NCBI GenBank assembly: GCA_902559415.1 | Contig: CACEHW010000001.1 | Span: forward strand, 45,382-109,381 | Reading direction: 5' to 3' | Origin: an uncultured Fidelibacterota bacterium | GTDB taxonomy: Bacteria; Fidelibacterota; Marinisomatia; Marinisomatales; UBA1611 | Length of the DNA stretch: 64,000 nucleotides | Shown: positions 47,851 to 55,385 of the stretch, one piece after another | Numbering within the stretch: the stretch's first letter is position 1 | Layout of the letters: each line of letters starts with the position of its first letter | Made by a program: the position numbers and the translations under genes | The notes under the pieces: generated by a model | Told to the model about the DNA's origin: nothing | Database searches by the model: none | What the model saw: only the letters and a program-made list of their open reading frames with translations

Positions 47851-49131
47851 TTATCCTAGCCATATACCGGCACAGAAAAATAACCCCGTTAGGAAGTGTA
47901 ATCCAATAGTTCCTGCATTAGCAGGTTGTAATAATCTATTATCATAATGTTTGTATAATGTCTTTATTGTAAAGATACTATATACTGATGTTATCAGCGA
48001 CACAAGTGATAATGTTGGGAAGGTAAGTGGATTAGTCCAAGATAATGCAATGATACTAATAAATGCTCCTATAATTAAAGCAACATATCCTATTCTTGCT
48101 TTTTCTGGTCCAAAAACAACAACCAAATTATTTTTACCAGTTGCTTTATCACCATCATGATCAGGAAATTGATTTACAAATACTATTGCAGCTACTAGAA
48201 AACCTATTGGTATACCCGCTAATACTGCATCCATAATGTGGGTCATATCACCGCCTGTTTGAACTAGAAAACTGCCCGCGACCATTAGTGGCCCAAAATT
48301 CAGACCAATTAAAAGCTCTCCCATTCCTTTTCTAGATGCAAACCTGAATGGGGGAGCTGTGTAGAACAGGCCAGATAAAAATCCAATGATTCCAAGGTAC
48401 AGAATGTTTATACCTGCCTTGTAGATGAGCGGTATACCAACAATAGCACTTAAGGCAAAAGTTATTACAGCAACATTTAACATGCCTTTAGCTGAGATGA
48501 GTCCCATTTGAATACTCCTACTACCTCCAGAAAAAGGTACCATGTAGTTATAATTTGCCTCATCTGTTCCACTAGTGTGATCGTAATAGTCATTAGATGT
48601 ATTGGTACCGATATGTAAGAAAAAACCACCTAGCATTGTTAAAGCAAAGTAAATCCAATCAATACTTACAAATTTACTTGCTACAGCTGCTCCCAGAAGG
48701 ATAGGAACAATTGTTGCAGTTAAAAATGGTAGTCTCATTATTACCATCCAACTGAATAGTTTTGTTCCAAAACTAATTTTTGGACGGACTTCATCAGCAG
48801 ATTTATCAGCAAGCGGCGATGTTACTCCACAATAGCCAATGTGGTTTCCTTCTTTATCTTTAGTAGGTGTGATTTTAATCTTACATGGCATTTCAGTTCC
48901 ATCCTTATGCAGAAATACCGTGTTTCCCTCCCACTTTCCTTTTTCAACTGATTCTGCAAGCCAATTAACAACATGCCCTAGCACTATCTGACCAGCACTA
49001 AAATCACTTACTCTACCTTTACCAATAATTTCTTGTTCTGAATAGCCAAATAATTGCTGCGCGCCCTCACTAAAAGTTTCGATCTTACCATCAAGATCGC
49101 AGGTTATTACGCTTTTTAAATTCTTGCTCAT
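47851..49131 (-). CDS. PAS domain fused to a UbiA-superfamily (MenA-like) aromatic prenyltransferase
   Basis: The N-terminal ~110 aa are PAS-like (SVITCDLDGKIETFSEGAQQLFGYSEQEIIGKG ... FLHKDGTEMPCKIKITPTKDKEGNHIGYCGV). Eight or nine TM helices follow, with the Asp-rich motifs NDYYDHTSGTD and NQFPDHDGDKATGKNNLVV. The track start is 49185. I prefer the ATG at 49131 (MSKNLKS), which has AAGGAA 10 nt upstream. Confidence 0.7.
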   Translation of the reverse strand: MSKNLKSVITCDLDGKIETFSEGAQQLFGYSEQEIIGKGRVSDFSAGQIVLGHVVNWLAESVEKGKWEGNTVFLHKDGTEMPCKIKITPTKDKEGNHIGYCGVTSPLADKSADEVRPKISFGTKLFSWMVIMRLPFLTATIVPILLGAAVASKFVSIDWIYFALTMLGGFFLHIGTNTSNDYYDHTSGTDEANYNYMVPFSGGSRSIQMGLISAKGMLNVAVITFALSAIVGIPLIYKAGINILYLGIIGFLSGLFYTAPPFRFASRKGMGELLIGLNFGPLMVAGSFLVQTGGDMTHIMDAVLAGIPIGFLVAAIVFVNQFPDHDGDKATGKNNLVVVFGPEKARIGYVALIIGAFISIIALSWTNPLTFPTLSLVSLITSVYSIFTIKTLYKHYDNRLLQPANAGTIGLHFLTGLFFCAGIWLG

Positions 49132-49218
49132 TTTATGTAATTCCTTTATCATTAAAAATATTAAGCGTTTAAATTTAAGTATCAATATTTTCTTAGAACG
49201 AAACTTATTTTATTTTTT

Positions 49219-50526
49219 ATGAGCACAGTTGCAAAAAAGATAGCCTTTCACACATTAGGTTGTAAATTGAATTTTTCAGAAACATCTTCATTATCAAGAG
49301 ATTCTCTTAAATATGGTTATGAGAATGTTAATTCGAAAGAGTTTGCAGATATTTATGTTTTTAATACGTGTTCTGTAACAGAAAATGCAAACAAAGAAAC
49401 CCTTAAACTTATTAGAAGGAGTAAGCGGCTAAACCCAAATGCTTTTATTACTTTGATAGGCTGCTATGCTCAATTAAAACCTGAAGAGCTTATCGGGATT
49501 AAAGATGTTAATCTAATTTTGGGTACTGCTGATAAATTTGACTTACTAAGTCACTTAGATAAAGTAGATATCTCAAATGATATAAAATCAAGTATAAGTG
49601 GGAATATTGATGATGTAGAGATATTTAATCCTTCTTTTTCAAACGATGACCGAACTAGATCTTTTTTGAAAGTACAGGATGGATGCGACTATAATTGCAC
49701 ATTTTGTACTATCCCGCTTGCTAGAGGAAAAAGTAGAAGTTCTTCAATTAATAAAACCATCAATATTGCTAAAGATATTTCTAAAACAAACACTAAAGAA
49801 ATTGTGCTAACTGGAATAAATATTGGTGATTTTGGAAAAGGCACTAATGAAACTTTTTATGATTTGATAAAACAAATGGATTCTAGAATAGATATAGAAA
49901 GATTAAGAATTTCATCTATCGAGCCTAACTTACTCACCGATGAAATAATTGAGTTTTGTTTTTCATCAAAAAAGTTTATGCCTCATTTTCATATACCCTT
50001 GCAATCAGGGTCAAATAAGATGCTTAAGTCCATGAAGAGGAGATACACTGCGCAATTATATTATGATAGATTAAATAAAATAAAAAGTTTTGATGAAGAT
50101 GCATGTATCGGTGTAGACGTTATTGTAGGCTACCCCTCAGAATCTGAGCAGGATTTTCTTGAAACTTATAATTTTCTGAAGAATCATGATGTTTCTTATT
50201 TACATGTTTTTACATATTCTGAAAGAGAAAATACAAAAGCCATAAAGCTTGAACCCGTTGTGCCTTGTGAAGAAAGGTCCAGAAGGTCGAAAATTTTGCG
50301 AGAGCTTTCTGATCAAAAAAGAGATAATTTTTATGAACGGTCTGTTGGGCAAATAAGACCTGTATTAGTTGAAAAAAGTAAAAATGGGATACTTTTCGGC
50401 TACACCGACAATTATATTAAAACAAGAATCCAAGGGCCTATTTCTTTAGAAAATACAATACAAAATGTTTTTATTTCAGAAGCTAAATCCGGTTATGTAG
50501 AAAGTGAGGTAGTATCAGTTAATTGA
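49219..50526 (+). CDS. mtaB: tRNA (t6A37) methylthiotransferase MtaB (radical SAM MTTase)
   Basis: N-terminal UPF0004 Cys triad (HTLGCKLN ... FNTCSV ... GCYAQ), radical-SAM motif CDYNCTFCTIP and a TRAM-like C-terminus. 435 aa. MtaB versus MiaB is judged from size and N-terminus only. Confidence 0.8.
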   Translation: MSTVAKKIAFHTLGCKLNFSETSSLSRDSLKYGYENVNSKEFADIYVFNTCSVTENANKETLKLIRRSKRLNPNAFITLIGCYAQLKPEELIGIKDVNLILGTADKFDLLSHLDKVDISNDIKSSISGNIDDVEIFNPSFSNDDRTRSFLKVQDGCDYNCTFCTIPLARGKSRSSSINKTINIAKDISKTNTKEIVLTGINIGDFGKGTNETFYDLIKQMDSRIDIERLRISSIEPNLLTDEIIEFCFSSKKFMPHFHIPLQSGSNKMLKSMKRRYTAQLYYDRLNKIKSFDEDACIGVDVIVGYPSESEQDFLETYNFLKNHDVSYLHVFTYSERENTKAIKLEPVVPCEERSRRSKILRELSDQKRDNFYERSVGQIRPVLVEKSKNGILFGYTDNYIKTRIQGPISLENTIQNVFISEAKSGYVESEVVSVN

Positions 50527-51310
50527 TATCTGTTTTTTTTATTTCAAACAAAATTTGATCCCAAAACTTTATTCTTGACTGCATTACATTTTTTCCACAA
50601 TCAATACTTTCTTTCCACTTTTTCTCATCATCTCCGCATATTTCTTTAATCATCTTTAGTGCTAATGGTGTATGTTCATTTTCATCAAGACCTATATGTC
50701 TATCAAGATAATAAATGAAAGATTTAAATTTACCAGAAGAATTACTTTCAAGATCTTGGACAAGCTCACGGAACATATCAGGAATTATTTCTTCTCGACC
50801 CAAAGTAAAGATAGTCGCATTGAGATGTGGAGCATCCATGGTTATATATTTAAAGGTATCAAGAACAAATTCTTGAGCAGCTTTTGGAGCCTCGCTTTTC
50901 ATCAATGAAGTATGTAGATCTGAATTATCAAGTTCATTTAGAAATTTTTCTATCTTTTTTGTATCTGCTCCTGCTTCTTTCATAGCATGGTAATATATTT
51001 CAAAATGGCTAAGGTACTGTCCATATCGATCAACATCTGACTCTTCAGCAAGAACTATTTCATTCAACATTCTAGATAAGTTCCCATTTGTTTTTGGGCG
51101 CCATGGTATTTCAACACATGTAAATTCTTTTTGAAGAGATTTCAAAACAGACATGAAGTCCCATACTGCAAAAACATGGTTTTCCATAAAAACGTGTAAA
51201 TGCTTTTCTGTTTTAATAGAATTATATATAGGGTGATTTTTTAACTGGTTTCTTTCACTTTGAGTTTCATCAAGAATGTTAAGTAGATTATTTTTTAGCA
51301 GTTTGAACAT
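50519..51310 (-). CDS. DUF3050-like heme-oxygenase-fold protein
   Basis: 263 aa. HPIYNSIKTEKHLHVFMENHVFAVWDFMSVLKSLQ ... NEIVLAEESD ... YLSHFEIYYHAMKEAGADT matches my memory of DUF3050 (MgoB/PvfA-like). Not verified. Confidence 0.55.
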   Translation of the reverse strand: MFKLLKNNLLNILDETQSERNQLKNHPIYNSIKTEKHLHVFMENHVFAVWDFMSVLKSLQKEFTCVEIPWRPKTNGNLSRMLNEIVLAEESDVDRYGQYLSHFEIYYHAMKEAGADTKKIEKFLNELDNSDLHTSLMKSEAPKAAQEFVLDTFKYITMDAPHLNATIFTLGREEIIPDMFRELVQDLESNSSGKFKSFIYYLDRHIGLDENEHTPLALKMIKEICGDDEKKWKESIDCGKNVMQSRIKFWDQILFEIKKTDIN

Positions 51311-51312
51311 TA

Positions 51313-54051
51313 CTATTTGTATTCATCAATCGATGGGCATGTGCATATAAGGTTTCTATCTCCATAGGCATTATCTATTCTGCCTACAGATGGCCAATAT
51401 TTATGTTCTTTTTGATATTCTGTTGGGAAAGCAGCCACTTCTCTTGAATATGAATAATCCCAATTCCTAGCAGCAAGATGAAGTGCAGTATGTGGAGCAT
51501 TTTTTAATGGAGTATCAGCGGTTTTAAAACTATCAATTATTTCCCTTTTGATAGAAATAAGCGCATTGCAGAATGCATCGAGTTCATTTTTTGACTCGCT
51601 TTCGGTGGGCTCAATCATCATCGTGCCAGGTACTGGCCAAGACATTGTTGGTGCATGATATCCGTAGTCCATAAGTCTTTTTGCAACATCTTCTTCGCTA
51701 ATTCCATATTCTTTTTTAATTGGCCTGATGTCAATAATGAACTCATGTGCATTGTAACCATTTTTTTCTCTAAAAAGAATATCAAAATGGGGGCTTAGCT
51801 TTTCCGCCATATAATTAGCATTAAGTATTGCAATCTTAGTTGCTTTAGTGAGTCCTTTTGTATTTAGCATTGCAATATAAGTCCATGAGATAAGTAATAT
51901 ACTACTACTGCCATAAGGTGCTGCAGAAACTGAACTAATTGCATTTTTATTTATATTTTCTGAATGAAAATGGGTTGGTAAAAATTCAGAGAGATGCTTT
52001 TTACAAACTATTGGTCCCATTCCTGGACCTCCACCACCATGAGGTATACAAAATGTTTTGTGAAGATTAATATGCATCACATCGCCACCAAATTCACCAG
52101 GTTTACATAGGCCAACCATAGCATTCAAATTTGCGCCATCAATATAAACTTGGGCTCCATATTGGTGCACTATCTCACAAGCTTCTTGAATTTTATTTTC
52201 AAAGATACCATGAGTAGAGGGGTATGTTAACATTATAGCTGATAAATTTTTTGAATGTATTTCTGCTTTATTTTTTAAATCTTCCAGATCAATATTACCA
52301 TTTTGATCACACAAAATTATTTCAACTGACATGCCAGCCATTATTGCACTAGCAGGGTTGGTCCCATGAGCAGATTCAGGAACAAGGCAAATATTACGAT
52401 GTTTTTCACCCCGACTAATATGGTATGCTCTTATAACAAGTAATCCAGTATATTCGCCTTGCGCCCCGGAATTTGGCTGTAAAGAGCAGTCATCAAAACC
52501 AGTAAGTAGTGAAAGCCAACTTCTTAAATCATTAAAAACTTGTATATACCCTTTTGCCTGATCAAGAGGTGCAAAAGGATGAAGTTCGCTAAACTCAGGC
52601 CATGTGACAGGGATCATTTCAGAAGTAGCATTTAGTTTCATTGTACATGAGCCTAGAGGAATCATGCTAGTATTTAATGATAAATCTTTTGTTTCAAGTT
52701 TATGTATATAACGAAGCATCTCTGTTTCTGAATGATAGCTATTAAAAACATCATGAGTTAAGTAATCAGTTTTTCTCTTAAACTCTAAAAGAAAATCAAC
52801 ACTTGATTCATCTTTTTCGACATCAAATATTTTACATATTTTTAAAATATCGATTTCTTTAGTTTGTTCATCAATTGAAATACCGATACTACCATCTTCA
52901 TATATTCTAAAATTAAATTTTTCTTTTTTTGCTAATGCTTCCCAGTCATTATTTGGGAAAAAACGAATTGTATCAAAAAATTTATTGTGGAAAAGCTTAA
53001 TGCCTGCTTTTGAAAGAGATATAGCTAATTGATTACAAAGTTTATTAACTCTGCAGGCAATGTTTTTTATATTTTTTGGGCCATGATAAACCGCATACAT
53101 TGATGACATTATCGCTAATAAAACTTGCGAAGTACATATATTTGAAGTCGCTTTTTCTCTACGGATGTGTTGCTCTCTGGTTTGTAGTGCCATTCTAAGA
53201 GCTCTATTTCCATGGACGTCATTTGAAACACCAATTATGCGCCCAGGGATCTTTCTTTTGAATTTTTCAGTTGTCGCAAAGAATGCAGCATGGGGGCCAC
53301 CATAACCAAGTGGCACGCCAAATCTTTGTGCATTCCCTACTGCAGCATCCGCACCCATCTCTCCGGGTGTTTTAATTATACTTAAAGCTAAAATGTCTGT
53401 AGCAAGACAAGTAAATATGCCGAGGTCTTTTGCTTTATTTATTATGTTAGAATAGTCAGTGAGCTTTCCATCTGTTGTGGGGTATTGAAGAAGTAATCCA
53501 AATATAGAATTATCAAAGGTGAATTCATTTTCATCTTTAATAATAAGATTTATATTTAATGGCTCAGCTCTTGTTTTTAAAATATCAATTGTTTGGGGAT
53601 GACAGTATTTTGAAACAAAAAACTTATTTTTTGTTTTTGTTGTATTGAAAAACATTGTCATCGCTTCAGATGCCGCAGTTCCTTCATCAAGTAGTGAAGC
53701 ATTCGCAATGGGTAGATCAGTTGAGCTTGAAATTAGAGTTTGAAAGTTTAATAAAGCTTCCAAGCGTCCTTGACTTATTTCTGCTTGATAAGGTGTGTAC
53801 TGCGTGTACCAGCCGGGGTTTTCAAATACATTTCTTTTGATAACATTTGGGATTATTGTACCATTATATCCCATACCAATAAATGATTTAAATACAGAAT
53901 TATTTCTCGAGTAGTTTTTTAATTTAATAAGTGCTTCTTCTTCAGATAAGTTTTCTTCAATTAAATTATCAGATAATGGAGAATATATATTTTCTGGGAT
54001 TACTTTTTTAATTAGTTCATCAAGAGAACCTAATCTCATATCTTGAAGCAT
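51313..54051 (-). CDS. gcvP: Glycine dehydrogenase (decarboxylating), single-chain P-protein; the ORF as called lacks its conserved N-terminus (see 54052..54118)
   Basis: 912 aa. FKSFIGMGYNGTIIPNVIKRNVFENPGWYTQYTPYQAEISQGRLEALLNFQT and the PLP-Lys region MHINLHKTFCIPHGGGGPG are present. Confidence 0.9.
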   Translation of the reverse strand: MLQDMRLGSLDELIKKVIPENIYSPLSDNLIEENLSEEEALIKLKNYSRNNSVFKSFIGMGYNGTIIPNVIKRNVFENPGWYTQYTPYQAEISQGRLEALLNFQTLISSSTDLPIANASLLDEGTAASEAMTMFFNTTKTKNKFFVSKYCHPQTIDILKTRAEPLNINLIIKDENEFTFDNSIFGLLLQYPTTDGKLTDYSNIINKAKDLGIFTCLATDILALSIIKTPGEMGADAAVGNAQRFGVPLGYGGPHAAFFATTEKFKRKIPGRIIGVSNDVHGNRALRMALQTREQHIRREKATSNICTSQVLLAIMSSMYAVYHGPKNIKNIACRVNKLCNQLAISLSKAGIKLFHNKFFDTIRFFPNNDWEALAKKEKFNFRIYEDGSIGISIDEQTKEIDILKICKIFDVEKDESSVDFLLEFKRKTDYLTHDVFNSYHSETEMLRYIHKLETKDLSLNTSMIPLGSCTMKLNATSEMIPVTWPEFSELHPFAPLDQAKGYIQVFNDLRSWLSLLTGFDDCSLQPNSGAQGEYTGLLVIRAYHISRGEKHRNICLVPESAHGTNPASAIMAGMSVEIILCDQNGNIDLEDLKNKAEIHSKNLSAIMLTYPSTHGIFENKIQEACEIVHQYGAQVYIDGANLNAMVGLCKPGEFGGDVMHINLHKTFCIPHGGGGPGMGPIVCKKHLSEFLPTHFHSENINKNAISSVSAAPYGSSSILLISWTYIAMLNTKGLTKATKIAILNANYMAEKLSPHFDILFREKNGYNAHEFIIDIRPIKKEYGISEEDVAKRLMDYGYHAPTMSWPVPGTMMIEPTESESKNELDAFCNALISIKREIIDSFKTADTPLKNAPHTALHLAARNWDYSYSREVAAFPTEYQKEHKYWPSVGRIDNAYGDRNLICTCPSIDEYK

Positions 54052-54118
54052 TAATTCTATGTCTGATCTGTTTACTCCAAGGTGTCTTTTTTAAAAAGCT
54101 AATTTTATTTTTGGGCAT
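54052..54118 (-). other. gcvP: Displaced 5' end of gcvP: ATG at 54118 opens a different frame that encodes the missing N-terminus up to a homopolymer run
   Basis: The minus strand reads atg ccc aaa aat aaa att agc ttt tta aaa aag... = MPKNKISFLKK. In the gcvP frame a TAA at 54093-54091 is followed by KRHLGVNRSDIELMLQDM. Removing one A from the A6 run (plus-strand T6, 54087-54092) gives MPKNKISFLKRHLGVNRSDIELMLQ..., matching the conserved F-x-x-RH-[IL]-G ... ML GcvP N-terminus. Confidence 0.8.
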
Positions 54119-54292
54119 ATAATGTTAAGTGTTTTTAGTTTTTCTTTAAAATAATGAATATGAATTTATAAATATAATAGCACCAGATTCGAAATATATA
54201 ATTATGAAATTAAAATTTCAGATATAGACCTTAATGAGATAAGTTTACCATGTCATATTTACAAATAAACATCATTACAGTTAGGAACCATA

Positions 54293-54991
54293 ATGTCAAT
54301 TACAAGGCTTGTTGAGTTACAAGATATAGATTCACAGCTAGAAGATTTAAATGCTCTTCTTGGTGATTTACCTAAGATGGTAGATGAGTTAAATGAAAAA
54401 GAAGATAATCTTAAGAGTAAAATTGAATCATATAAGGCTAGTTTAAAAGAAATAACTTTAAATACTAGCAAATCAGAGACAATTAATACAGAAATTCATG
54501 AGAAAAAAGATAAATTAAAAGATCAGTTATTTTTAGTAACAAATAATAAACAATATGATGCTTTATCTAGTGAAATTGAGCACTTACAATTGCAACAAAA
54601 AGAACATGAGGATCTTTTAATATCTTATCTTGAAGAAAAAGAAAATTTAGAAGATGACATCAAAGAAAATGAGGCTTTATTAGAAGATTTAAAAACAGAC
54701 CTTAATATTAGAAGAAATAAATTAGATCAAGCTCTTTCAGAGACTGCCGAGGAGAAAAAATTGCTAGAAAATTCTCGTCAAAAGCAAATAGTGGAAATTG
54801 ATGAAGGGATAATGTTTGTTTATAATAAAGTGATATCTGCAAGATCTGGGATTGCAGTTGTCCCGCTTTCGGGGAATTCTTGTGGAGGTTGTGGGGCAGC
54901 GCTTCCTTTGCAAATGGTTTCTGAAATTAGATCAGGTGACCTTCATAATTGTCAAAGTTGTGGGAGATTTGTATACAACAAAAAAAATTAA
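54293..54991 (+). CDS. Coiled-coil protein with a C-terminal C4 zinc ribbon (COG1579 / DUF164-like)
   Basis: 232 aa. A long heptad-rich region is followed by GNSCGGCGAALPLQMVSEIRSGDLHNCQSCGRFVY (two CxxC pairs). Confidence 0.7.
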   Translation: MSITRLVELQDIDSQLEDLNALLGDLPKMVDELNEKEDNLKSKIESYKASLKEITLNTSKSETINTEIHEKKDKLKDQLFLVTNNKQYDALSSEIEHLQLQQKEHEDLLISYLEEKENLEDDIKENEALLEDLKTDLNIRRNKLDQALSETAEEKKLLENSRQKQIVEIDEGIMFVYNKVISARSGIAVVPLSGNSCGGCGAALPLQMVSEIRSGDLHNCQSCGRFVYNKKN

Positions 54992-54997
54992 ATTCAT

Positions 54998-55357
54998 GAG
55001 TTAGTCGGATGATTGCTCTGTAAAAACTAAATAGTTTTATGGAGAGGAAAGTCCGGGCACCGCAGAACATAGAGCCTTTTAACAAAAGGAGTCTGAGAGG
55101 ACATGGAAAGTGCAGCAGAAAATAAACCGCCTAATTTTAGGTAAGGGTGAAAAGGTGGTGTAAGAGACCACCAGTCTTTCTTTAAATAGATTGAGCTTGT
55201 AAACCCCTCTTGGTGCAAGATCGAATAGTTTCAGAGATGTTGTTCGCATCGTTTGATGGATGGGTAGATCGCTTCAGCCTATTGGCAACATTAGGCGCAG
55301 ACAAATAATCATCTATCCTCTTTAGAGGTGGACAGGACTCGGCTTACAGACTAGCTC
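54998..55357 (+). ncRNA. rnpB: RNase P RNA, bacterial type A
   Basis: The P1 helix pairs GAGTTAGTC (54998-) with GACTAGCTC (-55357). The universal GAGGAAAGTCCGGGC lies at 55044-55058. The block GGTAAGGGTGAAAAGGTGGTGTAAGAGACCACC parallels the E. coli J11/12-P12 region. The 3' P4 strand is ACAGGACTCGGCTTACAG. Confidence 0.9.
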
Positions 55358-55385
55358 TAAAAATTTAAAAATAAGATAAAAACAT

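Noticed and set aside
54086-54094. A AAA AAG, the classical -1 slippery heptamer, sits in the zero frame of the upstream gcvP fragment and could suggest programmed frameshifting
   Set aside because: A -1 slip leads into gac acc ttg gag taa, a stop after four codons. The gcvP frame is +1/-2 relative to the upstream ATG. A single-base homopolymer indel is the simpler explanation.
54119-54292. Possible glycine riboswitch in the leader of gcvP
   Set aside because: I reverse-complemented the whole gap. Neither the GGAGAG ... ACCGAAGGGGCAA-type aptamer cores nor a tandem arrangement is present. The only vaguely similar string (ACACCTTGGAGTAA) turns out to be coding sequence of the frameshifted gcvP N-terminus. 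A TGAAATT-AA-AATTTCA dyad at ~54205-54220 exists, but it is AT-only and could be chance.
55027-55218. 63-aa minus-strand ORF from the track
   Set aside because: It lies entirely inside, and antisense to, the RNase P RNA (54998-55357), whose conserved elements are unambiguous. The ORF is a by-product of the RNA gene.
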